From Haloarculaceae archaeon (lineage in GTDB: Archaea; Halobacteriota; Halobacteria; Halobacteriales; Haloarculaceae), in contig SKTU01000009.1 of NCBI GenBank assembly GCA_007122455.1, forward strand, positions 2,744 through 66,743: a stretch of DNA of 64,000 nt, given 5' to 3'. A model generated the notes under the pieces. It had not been told where the DNA came from. It worked only from the letters and a program-made list of their open reading frames with translations, and did not search any database. The position numbers and the translations under genes were made by a program. Below are positions 11,263 to 20,779 of this stretch, in pieces. Every line of letters begins with the position of its first letter. The first letter of the stretch is position 1.

Positions 11263-11295
11263 CGGAGCGATCGATGCTCGAGGCTCCAGTCGCGT

Positions 11296-11931
11296 CTACG
11301 CGCCGCCTCGAGCGTTCCGGCGCCGGACGCCGACGAAGTAGGCCGGCGTCGCTCCCCACCGCCGATCGAACGACGTTTCGACGGCGAAGACGACCTCCCA
11401 GCCGCCCGCTCGCTCGAACCGGCTTCGGATCTCGGCCGGCGTGATCCCGTAGATCTCACGGCTACGCCGACGTGCGTCACCGAGCACGCAGTAGAGCCCG
11501 CCCTCCGCGACGACGTCGCCGAGCCCGTCGACGAACCACTCCCGCTCGCGGTCACCGAGAACGTGAAACATCGCCGAGTCGACGACCGTTCGAAAGGAGA
11601 AGCCGGCGTCGGCGAGTTCCGACAGCCGGAGCGCATCCCAGACGAGAAAGTGAGCGCGGATCCGCCGCCACCGGGCTTTGCTCGTCGCCTGCTCGATCGC
11701 GAACGCGGAGATGTCGATGCCGAGCACGTCGTGGCCGGCTCTGGCCAGAAGCAGCGACAGTTCGCCGGTTCCACAGCCGACGTCCAGAACGGGACCGCGA
11801 ACGAGTCCCGCCTCGAGGAGCCGAACGAATGCGCGCTGCGGGCGCCCGATGTCCCAGTTCGGGACTCCGGTGTAGGCGGCGTCGTAGACGTGCGCGATCG
11901 GACGACGATGCCGCCCTTGGGTGACGCTCAT
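11296..11931 (-). CDS. class I SAM-dependent methyltransferase
   Basis: WDIGRPQ, VLDVGCGTGE and DSAMFH motifs. Confidence 0.85.
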   Translation of the reverse strand: MSVTQGRHRRPIAHVYDAAYTGVPNWDIGRPQRAFVRLLEAGLVRGPVLDVGCGTGELSLLLARAGHDVLGIDISAFAIEQATSKARWRRIRAHFLVWDALRLSELADAGFSFRTVVDSAMFHVLGDREREWFVDGLGDVVAEGGLYCVLGDARRRSREIYGITPAEIRSRFERAGGWEVVFAVETSFDRRWGATPAYFVGVRRRNARGGA

Positions 11932-12013
11932 CGAACCTCTCCAGCGTGGCTCATTCGCCGACGTCCGATCTCCGCGGTCGGCGCTCACTTATCGCGTCGA
12001 CACGCGTCGAGGA

Positions 12014-12808
12014 TCACGGTTTCTCCTCGCCGTGCATCCATTCGAGTGCGGCCTGCAGCCCCTTCTCGTCCCTGATCTCGCGGAACCGCTCGGGAGCGGC
12101 CGTCTCCATCGTCAGCGTCCCGACGAACTCGCTAACGCGACCGTGGCGACGGTATCCCTGCGTTTCCTGGACGTCGTTTATCATGTCCTTGACGATCGCG
12201 ACGGCGGTGGTCGGCGTCTTGAGGATCTCGTCGATCTCCTCGTCGACCGCAGTCTCGAGTTCACCCTCAGGGACGACGCGGTTGACGATTCCCATTCGTT
12301 CGGCCGCCGGAGCATCGATCGTCTTCCCGCTGTAGAGGAGTTCGCGAGCGTGTTTCAGGGAGTTCGTCACGAACGGCAGCACGAATTTCGGCGGCGGTTC
12401 GCCGAAATGCATGTCGGGATAGCCGAACGTCGACTCCTCGGTAGCGAAGGTGAGGTCACAGCAGAGCGCCAGATTGCATCCGCCGGCCAGCGCCGGCCCG
12501 TCGACTGCCGCGATCACCGGTATTCTGAGCGAGAACACAGTCTCCAGGTGAGTTCGCTGGTCGAGGATCCGGTCGTCCGTCGAACGGTCGACCTCCTCGT
12601 CGCCGATGTCGTAACCCGCTGAGAACGCCCGGCCGTTCCCGCTGACGACGGCGACGCGAACGCCGTCGTCGGCATCGGCACGTTCGAGGGCGGCCTCGAA
12701 CTCCTCGAGGAGCGTTTCGTTCAGGGCGTTGAGCGACTCCGGTCGATCGAGCCGAACGTGTGCGACGGCGCCGTCAACGTCGTACTCGATACAGTCGTAT
12801 CCTGACAT
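12014..12808 (-). CDS. enoyl-CoA hydratase/isomerase family protein
   Basis: RLDRPESLNAL, AFSAGYD and AAVDGPALAGG motifs. Confidence 0.88.
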   Translation of the reverse strand: MSGYDCIEYDVDGAVAHVRLDRPESLNALNETLLEEFEAALERADADDGVRVAVVSGNGRAFSAGYDIGDEEVDRSTDDRILDQRTHLETVFSLRIPVIAAVDGPALAGGCNLALCCDLTFATEESTFGYPDMHFGEPPPKFVLPFVTNSLKHARELLYSGKTIDAPAAERMGIVNRVVPEGELETAVDEEIDEILKTPTTAVAIVKDMINDVQETQGYRRHGRVSEFVGTLTMETAAPERFREIRDEKGLQAALEWMHGEEKP

Positions 12809-12840
12809 GCGAAACCGCACGCGTGACGGCTACAAAACCG

Positions 12841-13620
12841 TTAGCCCTGCAGAAATCGAGCGATCGCCCCGTCGAACGCGGCGCCACGGTGGAGTATCGC
12901 CTCGTGGCCGGTGTCAGGGAGCCGGACGAACCGCCCGTCGTGCCGTTCGGCGGTGGCCTCGAACTCGCCGATCCCGAAGAACGGATCGCCCGTTCCGCCG
13001 ACGACGAGCGTCGGGACGTCGACCGATCTCTCCGGTTCGTACGAGAGACAGGCCGATACCGTAATTCCGAAATCGTCCGGTGACCGTGGATGATCGACGA
13101 CGAGATCGTATGCGGTCGCAGCGATCCGGCCCGCTCGACGAAGCCACCCCACCGTAACGACGTCGACGCCGGAGCGGTAGACGCTCGCCCACTCGCCCCG
13201 GTCGGCCCACGCCCGCCAGCGCTCGAGGAGCGCTACACCGGCCGCCGACGGCCGACTCGCCGCGAGTCCGAAGATCAGCGATCGGACCCTCTCGTCGCTC
13301 GAAGCCAGCCGTTCGGCAATGGTGCCGCCCATCGAGATCCCGAGCACGTCGGCGGGACCGATCCGATCGAGGACGTCTCGGTAACCCGACGCGATGTCGG
13401 CAATCGTCGTTCCGGGTCGAAGTCCGCGTGGGCGACTCACCATACAGACGCGGCGATCGAACGCGTTCGCACACCGTCGACAGTACGCGGCGACGAGCAG
13501 GGTGAACCACGGCGCGTCGTCGACGCGGCAGAGCGGGTCGTTAAGCCCCGGAACCACGAGAAGTGGCCGGCCGGATCCCCACTCGACGGTCGGATGTCCG
13601 GCGATCGTCGTTGCGAGCAC
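12841..13620 (-). CDS. alpha/beta-fold hydrolase
   Basis: VVPGL, nucleophile elbow GISMGG, PTLVVGG..D and GH; start codon uncertain (GTG 13620 chosen). Confidence 0.75.
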   Translation of the reverse strand: MLATTIAGHPTVEWGSGRPLLVVPGLNDPLCRVDDAPWFTLLVAAYCRRCANAFDRRVCMVSRPRGLRPGTTIADIASGYRDVLDRIGPADVLGISMGGTIAERLASSDERVRSLIFGLAASRPSAAGVALLERWRAWADRGEWASVYRSGVDVVTVGWLRRAGRIAATAYDLVVDHPRSPDDFGITVSACLSYEPERSVDVPTLVVGGTGDPFFGIGEFEATAERHDGRFVRLPDTGHEAILHRGAAFDGAIARFLQG

Positions 13621-13699
13621 GTTCCGACAGAGCAGCGCAGCCGTGTAATCCCCATCGATCGCCGATACGGTTTTGTATCTCGTCGCTGTGGGGTGGTGT

Positions 13700-13843
13700 A
13701 TGTCGAACGAGGACACCGTTGTCGTCGATCTCTATCTCGAGACGTCGCTCGTGACCGCTCTCGACGAGTTCCGAGAGCAACGGGGCTACGACGACCGATC
13801 CGCAGTCGTACGCGCCGCGATCGACCGAAGCGATCGCTTCTGA
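13700..13843 (+). CDS. small ribbon-helix-helix (CopG/NikR-like) protein, 47 aa
   Basis: Below the ORF-track cutoff. MSNEDTVVVDLYLETSLVTALDEFREQRGYDDRSAVVRAAIDRSDRF: alternating beta-strand, helix, then the GY..RS.VVR.AI RHH signature. Confidence 0.75.
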   Translation: MSNEDTVVVDLYLETSLVTALDEFREQRGYDDRSAVVRAAIDRSDRF

Positions 13844-13890
13844 CCGCCGGTACGTCGGTCTTTATGAGTCGCCGGTGACGACGTTATCGT

Positions 13891-15066
13891 ATGCGCGACG
13901 CGTACGTCGTCGGCGCGGGTCAGTCGAACTACGGCTCGTTCCCCGACGAAAGTTACCGGTCGCTGTTTCGGACCGCCGTCGAGAACACGGTGGACAGCGT
14001 CGACAATGGTATCGCAATCGAGGAGATCGACGAGGCCTACGTCGGTACTCTCGGTGTCGGCGGCCGCCAACTCGGACTCGCCGGACCGGCGGTCACAGAG
14101 CACGTCGGGTTGCACGGTGTCCCCGTGACGAGAGTCGAAAACGCCTGTGCCGCCTCCGGGTATGCCGTCCGCCAGGCCGTCATGGCGGTTCGGTCCGGCA
14201 TGGCAGACGTCGCTCTCGCGGGCGGTGTCGAGGTGATGACCGATCTCTCCGGCGACGCCGTCCGCTACTGGCTCGGCGTCTCCGGTGAAACCGAGTGGGA
14301 GCGACTCTCCGGAACGACGTTCGCCGGAGTGTACGCCCAGATGGCGAGCGCACACATGCGCGAGTACGGAACGACGAAGGAGCAGCTCTCCCACGTCGCG
14401 GTGAAGAACCACGACAACGGAGCGAAGAACCCGAAGGCGCAACTCGGATTCACCTGCACGCTCGAGGACGCGGTCAACGCGCCGTCGGTCGCCGATCCGC
14501 TGACGCTGTATCACTGCTGTCCGACGACCGACGGTGCCGCCGCGGCGCTGATCGTGAGCGAGGACGTCGTCGAGGAGTTCACGGACGAACCGATCCGCGT
14601 CGCCGGCGTCGGCGCCGCCTCCGATCGCGTCGGACTCTTCCAGCGCGACAGCTACAACGCCGTCCCGGCGGCCGAAAAGGCGGGAGCGTCGGCGTACGAG
14701 GAGGCAGAGCTCGGTCCGGAGGCGCTCGACTTCGCCGAAGTCCACGACTGCTTCGCGATCGCCGAACTGATGGCTTACGAGGACCTCGGTTTCTGCGAGC
14801 GCGGCGAGGCCGGGCCGTTCGTCGAGTCGGGTGCCACGCGTCGAGACGGCGAGTTACCGGTGAACACGTCCGGCGGTCTCAAATCCAAGGGTCACCCGAT
14901 CGGCGCGACCGGTGCCGGACAGGTCGTCGAGGCGTTCGATCAGCTGCGGGGACGCGCCGGCGAGCGACAACTCGACGATCCGAAGGTGGGGCTCACCCAC
15001 AACGTCGGTGGCTCCGGCGGTGCGGCCGTTGTTCACATCTTCGAGAAGGAGGAGGGTAGCGCATGA
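13891..15066 (+). CDS. thiolase (acetyl-CoA C-acyltransferase, SCP2-type archaeal)
   Basis: VENACAAS, EVHDCF and KGHPIGATG motifs; TTTATG about 27 nt upstream (leaderless). Confidence 0.92.
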   Translation: MRDAYVVGAGQSNYGSFPDESYRSLFRTAVENTVDSVDNGIAIEEIDEAYVGTLGVGGRQLGLAGPAVTEHVGLHGVPVTRVENACAASGYAVRQAVMAVRSGMADVALAGGVEVMTDLSGDAVRYWLGVSGETEWERLSGTTFAGVYAQMASAHMREYGTTKEQLSHVAVKNHDNGAKNPKAQLGFTCTLEDAVNAPSVADPLTLYHCCPTTDGAAAALIVSEDVVEEFTDEPIRVAGVGAASDRVGLFQRDSYNAVPAAEKAGASAYEEAELGPEALDFAEVHDCFAIAELMAYEDLGFCERGEAGPFVESGATRRDGELPVNTSGGLKSKGHPIGATGAGQVVEAFDQLRGRAGERQLDDPKVGLTHNVGGSGGAAVVHIFEKEEGSA

Positions 15067-16445
15067 GCCGCGGTATCCGATCGATCGGTGCGTACGCTCC
15101 GTCCAACCGGATCTCCGCCGACGCGTTCGCGGACGCGTGGGGTCGCTTCGACGCACCCGGCATCGAGACGAAGGCGGTTCCCGACGCAGACGAGGACGCG
15201 CTCACGATGGGCGTCGAAGCGGCACGGCGCGCGCTGTCGGTGATCGGCGTCGACGGCGCCGACGTCGATTCGCTCTCCTTTGGGACCACCTCGCCGCCGC
15301 TGGCCGAGGAGGAGCTGACTGCCCGGCTTGGATCGTTCCTCGGCGTTCCGGATACCGCCGAGCGACGGAGCTACGGCGGCAGCACACGCGCCGGTGTCGA
15401 CGCGCTCGTCGATGCGCTCGGCCGCGAGGGGACCGAGCTCGTGATCGCTTCGGACTGTCCGAGCGGCGAGCCGGACGATTCACGGGAGCACGCCGCCGGT
15501 GCCGGTGCTGTAGCGTTCGTCGTCGGAGCCGACGCGCCGGCCACCGTCGTCGAGCGGACGGAGTACACCGACACCTACCCCGGAACTCGGTTCCGCCAGC
15601 GCGGTAGCGACACGATCGACGGACTCGACATCGGCACGTACGACCGTGCGGCGTTCATCCAACCTGTCGCTGCAGCCGTCAGTGCGCTCGACTCGAAGGA
15701 AGCCGATGCGGTGGCTCTCCAGGCGCCGAACGGGAAGCTCCCCTACAGGGCGACGGGGCCCGCCGGCATCGACAACGGGGACGTCGCCGCGGTCGAAACG
15801 GTCTCGTCGCTCGGAGATACGGCCGCCGCAAGCGTCCCGCTCTCGATCGTCAGATCGTTCGAGGCTGGCAACGACCGTACGCTCGCCGTCGCGTGGGGCT
15901 CCGGCGCCGGTGCAACCGCGCTCGTCATCGAGGGAACGGCACCCGTAGACGCCGCCATCGAGGGTGGCTCCGAGATCGACTATCCGGCGTATCTCCGTCG
16001 ACGGGGGGACATCGTCGGCTCGAAGCCGGACGGTGGAGCCGCACACGTTCCCGTTCCGACGTGGCGCAGGAGCCTGCCGCAGCGACACCGCCACGAGGCC
16101 GGTCGCTGTCCGGAGTGCGGCGCTGTGGCGTTCCCGCCGGAGGGTGCCTGCGCGTCCTGTGGCTCACTCGCGGCGTTCGAACCGGTCGAACTCCCGCTCG
16201 ACGGTGTGGTCGAAGCGGCGACGACGATCGGACAGGGCGGCGCACCGCCGGAGTTCGCGGACCAGCAGGCCAAGCAGGGGGCGTTCGGCGTCGCGATCGT
16301 ACGGTTCGAAGCCGATGGCGAGGTCGCGATCCCGATGCAGGCGACGGGGGACGTCGAGGTCGATCGGACGGTCCGTGCGGTCCCGAGACGGATCTACGTC
16401 GAGGAGTCGGTTCCGCGGTACGGGCTGAAGGCGCTTCCGAAGTAG
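15063..16445 (+). CDS. HMG-CoA synthase-like domain fused to DUF35 (Zn-ribbon + OB-fold)
   Basis: DEDALTMGVEAA, GAGAVAF and GDT N-domain; CPECG..FPP..CASCG followed by an OB-fold; ATGA-coupled to the thiolase. Confidence 0.85.
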   Translation: MSRGIRSIGAYAPSNRISADAFADAWGRFDAPGIETKAVPDADEDALTMGVEAARRALSVIGVDGADVDSLSFGTTSPPLAEEELTARLGSFLGVPDTAERRSYGGSTRAGVDALVDALGREGTELVIASDCPSGEPDDSREHAAGAGAVAFVVGADAPATVVERTEYTDTYPGTRFRQRGSDTIDGLDIGTYDRAAFIQPVAAAVSALDSKEADAVALQAPNGKLPYRATGPAGIDNGDVAAVETVSSLGDTAAASVPLSIVRSFEAGNDRTLAVAWGSGAGATALVIEGTAPVDAAIEGGSEIDYPAYLRRRGDIVGSKPDGGAAHVPVPTWRRSLPQRHRHEAGRCPECGAVAFPPEGACASCGSLAAFEPVELPLDGVVEAATTIGQGGAPPEFADQQAKQGAFGVAIVRFEADGEVAIPMQATGDVEVDRTVRAVPRRIYVEESVPRYGLKALPK

Positions 16446-16488
16446 TCGGATCGTGAGCTTCTTTTTCCGCCGCATCGGGAGATAGTTC

Positions 16489-16965
16489 ATGCATCCGCGT
16501 GCACGAGAGTTCTCCGAGTTAGCGGCGGCAGAGTACGGATTCGAAGTCGACGTCTACGAGTTCCCGGAAGGGACGAAGACGGCTGCAGACGCGGCCGACG
16601 CGATCGGCTGTTCCGTCGCACAGATCGCTTCCTCGATCGTTCTGAGTGCGGACGGAGCGCTCGTCGTCGTGGTCACGAGCGGGGCGAACCGCGTCGATCT
16701 GACGAAGGTGGCGTCGATACTCGACGTTTCGGCGGAATCCGTCGAGATGGCCGACGCCGGCCCGATCCGCGAGACCATCGGCTGGTCGATCGGCGGCGTC
16801 CCGCCGTTCTGCCACGAGACCGACGTCCCGGTGTTCATCGACGAGACGCTGCTGGAACACGACGAGCTGTGGGCTGCTGCCGGCACACCCGAGGCCGTCT
16901 TTCCCATCCCGCCCGAACGACTGCGGCGAATCTCCGGTGGCGAACCCGCCGACGTCATCGAGTAG
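16489..16965 (+). CDS. YbaK/EbsC aminoacyl-tRNA editing-domain protein
   Basis: TKTAADAA, GWSIGGVPP and WAAAG motifs. Confidence 0.88.
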   Translation: MHPRAREFSELAAAEYGFEVDVYEFPEGTKTAADAADAIGCSVAQIASSIVLSADGALVVVVTSGANRVDLTKVASILDVSAESVEMADAGPIRETIGWSIGGVPPFCHETDVPVFIDETLLEHDELWAAAGTPEAVFPIPPERLRRISGGEPADVIE

Positions 16966-17084
16966 CCGCGATTCCCCCGAAACCGTGGACACGTTCACAA
17001 CTCGGGATCGTATTTGATGCCATATTATTAAAATACCTCTCTTAGATAACAATACTTTTGTGCGACGACGGTGTATCGCCGTCA

Positions 17085-18941
17085 ATGACACCGACACGGC
17101 GATCTCTGCTGAAGAGTGGCGCTGGCGTGCTCGCCGCCGGCACGCTCGCGGGATGTACCGAGGATCTCGTCGACGGTAGCACCGAGTTCGACTCTGGCTA
17201 CGCGACCTTCTTCACGCTGTGGGACTGGGCCGAGCAAGTGAGCGGCGACGATGTCGCGTTCGAGAACCCGATCGAGGTCGGACAGATGGGTCACGGCTGG
17301 GAACCGCCGGGGGACATCGCCGCGGATATCGCTGCGACGGACGCGTTCGTCTATCTCGACACGCCCGAGTTCTCCTGGGCCCAGGACGTGGCGACAACGC
17401 TGGAATCCGACTACGACGACGTCGCCGTCATCGACGGAATGGCCGGACTGGACGATCAGCTCCTCGACTGGAACCACGAGGGCGATGGTCACGACCACGA
17501 CGACGATCACGATCACAACGATCATGACGATGATCACGGTCACGACCACGTTCACGTCGCCGATCTGGAGATCATCGACCGAGAGCACGACGAAATCGTC
17601 GCGGACGTACACGGCGACCACTGGCACGGTGGCCTCCCGTCGGTTCCCGAAGGCGAATACGTGTCGCTGGGAGCCGTCTTCACCGACGACGACGGCGAGG
17701 AGATCCCCATCGGCGAGGACGAGGAGTATCAGCTGAACGCTCGCGTCGCCGACGATGCCGAGGCGATCGTCTCGGTCGACTCCCACGGTGATCACGTCCA
17801 CGTTCACGGTGACGACCACGGCGAGACCGAGATCGTCTTCCAGCTCTACCACGGCGACCACGCCGATTGGGAATCACCGCCGATCACGATAGTCGTCGAC
17901 GACCACGGGCACGACGATCACGACGACGACCACGGGCACAACGATCACGACGACGATCACGACCACGACGACGATCACGATCACGACGACGATCACGATC
18001 ATGACGACGACGGTCACGACCACGTCCACGTCGCCGATCTGGAGATCATCGACCGAGAGCACGACGAAATCGTCGCGGACGTACACGGCGACCACTGGCA
18101 CGGCGGCCTCCCGTCGGTTCCCGAAGGCGAATACGTGTCGCTGGGAGCCGTTTTCACTGACGACGACGGCGAGGAGATCCCCACCGGTGAAGACGAAGAG
18201 TACCAGTTGAACGCTCGCGTCGCCGACGATGCCGAGGCGATCGTCTCGGTCGACTCCCACGGTGATCACGTCCACGTTCACGGCGACTCGATCGGACGCA
18301 CGTCCCTCGTCTTCCAGCTCTACCACGGCGACCACGCCGACTGGGAATCACCGCCGATCGACGTCCGGGTCGTCGAGGAGGGTCACGACGACCACGATCA
18401 CGGCTTCTACGACCCGCATGTCTGGGTCGATCCGGTGCTCGCGAAGGACGTCGTCGACAACATCGCCGACGGCCTCGTCCGCGCGGACCCGGATAACGCC
18501 GAATCGTACCTCGAAAACGCGGAGGCGTACAAGGGAGAGCTCGACGAGCTCGACGCAGCCTTCGAGGAGATGATGGACGACGCCGACCGGGACGTGGCGG
18601 TGCTGGCCGGCCACGACTCCTTCCAGTATCTCGAGGCGCGGTACGGCTTCCGGCTACACTCGCCGGTCGGCGCATCGCCCGACGAGGAGCCGACGTCGAC
18701 GGAGATCGCCGACACGATCGATTTCGTCGACGAACACGGGATCGACGTGATCCTCTACGACCACTTCGGGTCGCCGAACCTCGCGGAGACGATCGTCGAG
18801 AACAGCAGCGCATCCGAAGTGGTCGCCGTCTCGCCGGCGGAAGGAACCACCGCGGAGTGGGCCGACGACGACTGGGGCTACGTCGACCAGATGCGGGAGA
18901 TCAACGTCTCGGCGTTCCGGAAAGCGCTCGGGGCCGACTGA
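17085..18941 (+). CDS. znuA: Zn/Mn ABC transporter substrate-binding Tat lipoprotein with large His/Asp-rich insertion
   Basis: TRRSLL Tat motif, LAGC lipobox, GHGWEP, DPHVW, HDSFQY; upstream of ATPase and permease. Confidence 0.9.
   Translation: MTPTRRSLLKSGAGVLAAGTLAGCTEDLVDGSTEFDSGYATFFTLWDWAEQVSGDDVAFENPIEVGQMGHGWEPPGDIAADIAATDAFVYLDTPEFSWAQDVATTLESDYDDVAVIDGMAGLDDQLLDWNHEGDGHDHDDDHDHNDHDDDHGHDHVHVADLEIIDREHDEIVADVHGDHWHGGLPSVPEGEYVSLGAVFTDDDGEEIPIGEDEEYQLNARVADDAEAIVSVDSHGDHVHVHGDDHGETEIVFQLYHGDHADWESPPITIVVDDHGHDDHDDDHGHNDHDDDHDHDDDHDHDDDHDHDDDGHDHVHVADLEIIDREHDEIVADVHGDHWHGGLPSVPEGEYVSLGAVFTDDDGEEIPTGEDEEYQLNARVADDAEAIVSVDSHGDHVHVHGDSIGRTSLVFQLYHGDHADWESPPIDVRVVEEGHDDHDHGFYDPHVWVDPVLAKDVVDNIADGLVRADPDNAESYLENAEAYKGELDELDAAFEEMMDDADRDVAVLAGHDSFQYLEARYGFRLHSPVGASPDEEPTSTEIADTIDFVDEHGIDVILYDHFGSPNLAETIVENSSASEVVAVSPAEGTTAEWADDDWGYVDQMREINVSAFRKALGAD
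17537..18359 (+). repeat. intragenic direct duplication, about 349 bp (17537-17885 and 18011-18359), separated by a degenerate 18-bp HDDDHD-coding tandem array
   Basis: Near-identical DNA at a 474-bp (158-codon) offset, from cggtcacgaccacgt to gaatcaccgccgatc. Confidence 0.95.
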
Positions 18942-18953
18942 TCGATCCGCGAA

Positions 18954-19742
18954 ATGGAAAACGTAAACCTCGACGAGCCGAAAGACGGCTCACGAACCAC
19001 CGTGAGTACGATCGTCGACGTCGCCGACGTTTCGTTCGCCTACGGCGACCAGCTTGCGGTGGATAACGTCTCGTTGACCGTCGAGTCGGGAGATTTCCTC
19101 GGGCTGATCGGTCCAAACGGCTCGGGAAAGACGACGCTGCTCCACCTGATGCTCGGGCTGATTACCCCCGACGAGGGAACGATCGAGTTGTTCGGCGAGC
19201 CGGTTTCGGCGTTCGACGAGGGTGAACGGATCGGCTACGTCTCCCAGCAGGCGACCGAGAAGGGATCGACGATGCCCGTCACCGTGCGCGAGGTCGTGAC
19301 GATGGGACGGTTCGCCCACGCGGGGCACAGTCGGCTCACCGACGCCGACGTCGACGTCGTCGACGAGGCGCTTCGAACGGTCGACATCTCTGAACTCGCC
19401 GATCGACGAATCAACCAGCTGTCGGGCGGACAGCGCCAGCGCGCCTACATCGCCCGTGCGCTGGCCTCCGAGGCAGACCTGCTCGCACTCGACGAGCCGA
19501 CGGTCGGCGTCGACGCCGAGTCGCGAGACGAGTTCTACCGGTTGCTCGACTCGCTGAACGACTCCGGAATCACGATCATTCTCATCGAACACGACATCGG
19601 CGTCGTCACCGACCGAGCCGACCACATCGCCTGCATCAACAAGTCGCTGTACCACCACGGCGACACCGAATCGTTCGTCGAGAGCGACGCCCTGGAGGCC
19701 GCCTACGGCTCCGGGACGCGGGTCGTCCACCACCACCACTGA
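18954..19742 (+). CDS. znuC: metal ABC transporter ATP-binding protein
   Basis: GPNGSGKT, LSGGQRQR and LDEP motifs; His-rich C-terminus. Confidence 0.93.
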   Translation: MENVNLDEPKDGSRTTVSTIVDVADVSFAYGDQLAVDNVSLTVESGDFLGLIGPNGSGKTTLLHLMLGLITPDEGTIELFGEPVSAFDEGERIGYVSQQATEKGSTMPVTVREVVTMGRFAHAGHSRLTDADVDVVDEALRTVDISELADRRINQLSGGQRQRAYIARALASEADLLALDEPTVGVDAESRDEFYRLLDSLNDSGITIILIEHDIGVVTDRADHIACINKSLYHHGDTESFVESDALEAAYGSGTRVVHHHH

Positions 19743-20755
19743 TGAACGGAACGCTCAGAGTTCGGCTGGAGTTGGCGTGTATGGCGATCATCTCCGTCCT
19801 CGCCGTCGTGATGATCGGCTTCGTCGTTCTCTACTGGCTGCAGTCGTTCCCGTACGCGTCGACGCTCTACGAACAGTATCGGCTCGGCGGCCGGCTCCTC
19901 GACGCCGTCCTCGGGACGAACGTCTTCCGACATCCCTTCATGTGGCAATCGATGGCCACCGGTGTGTTGATCGGCATCGTCGCCCCGCTCGTCGGCACGT
20001 ATCTCGTCCACCGCGAGATGGCGCTCATCGGCGAGACGCTCGCTCACACCGCCTTCGCCGGCGTCGCCGTCGGCTTCCTCGTCGGCGGCGTCACCGGCTG
20101 GGACACGCCGCTTTTGATCTCGGCGCTCGTCGTCGGGATCGCCGGCGCGCTTGGCGTCCAGTGGCTCGCCGAGCGGACGGACACCTACGGGGACGTCCCG
20201 ATCGCGATCATGCTCACCGGGAGCTTCGCAGTCGGCACGTTGATCATCAGTTACGGTCGCGGCTTCACCGGCATCAGCATCGAGAGCTATCTCTTCGGCA
20301 GTCTGGCGGTCGTCACCGTCGAGGGCGCTCGAATGATGACGATTCTCAGCATCGTCGTCGTCGGCGTCGTCGCCTACACGTACAAACAGCTCCTCTTCAT
20401 CACCTTCGACGAACAGGCTGCACGAGTCGCGCGGTTGAACGTCAACGCGTACAACACGCTGTTGATCGTGATGACCGCCGTCGTCGTCGTCGGTGCGATG
20501 CAGGTTCTCGGCGTGATCCTCGTCGCGGCGATGCTCGTCATCCCGGTCGCCGCGGCGACGCAGATCGCCGCGAGCTTCCGGGAGACGCTGTACCTCTCGA
20601 TCATATTTGGCCAGCTCTCGATCGTCGGCGGCTTCGCCGTCTCGATCGGCTGGTCGATGCCGGCCGGCGGTTCGATAGTCGTCGTCGCGATAGCGTTCTA
20701 CCTCGCGGCGATCGCCGCATCGGGGCGATCCTCGACGGCGCTGTCGACGCACTGA
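19742..20755 (+). CDS. znuB: metal ABC transporter permease
   Basis: GETLAHTAFAG, YLFGS and LGVILV (ABC-3) motifs. Confidence 0.92.
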   Translation: MNGTLRVRLELACMAIISVLAVVMIGFVVLYWLQSFPYASTLYEQYRLGGRLLDAVLGTNVFRHPFMWQSMATGVLIGIVAPLVGTYLVHREMALIGETLAHTAFAGVAVGFLVGGVTGWDTPLLISALVVGIAGALGVQWLAERTDTYGDVPIAIMLTGSFAVGTLIISYGRGFTGISIESYLFGSLAVVTVEGARMMTILSIVVVGVVAYTYKQLLFITFDEQAARVARLNVNAYNTLLIVMTAVVVVGAMQVLGVILVAAMLVIPVAAATQIAASFRETLYLSIIFGQLSIVGGFAVSIGWSMPAGGSIVVVAIAFYLAAIAASGRSSTALSTH

Positions 20756-20779
20756 CCGCTCCGATGGTCCGTTAACAGG

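Noticed and set aside
17900-18010. Short tandem repeats resembling a CRISPR or VNTR array
   Set aside because: In-frame His/Asp codon repeats with no unique spacers, and no cas genes in the window.
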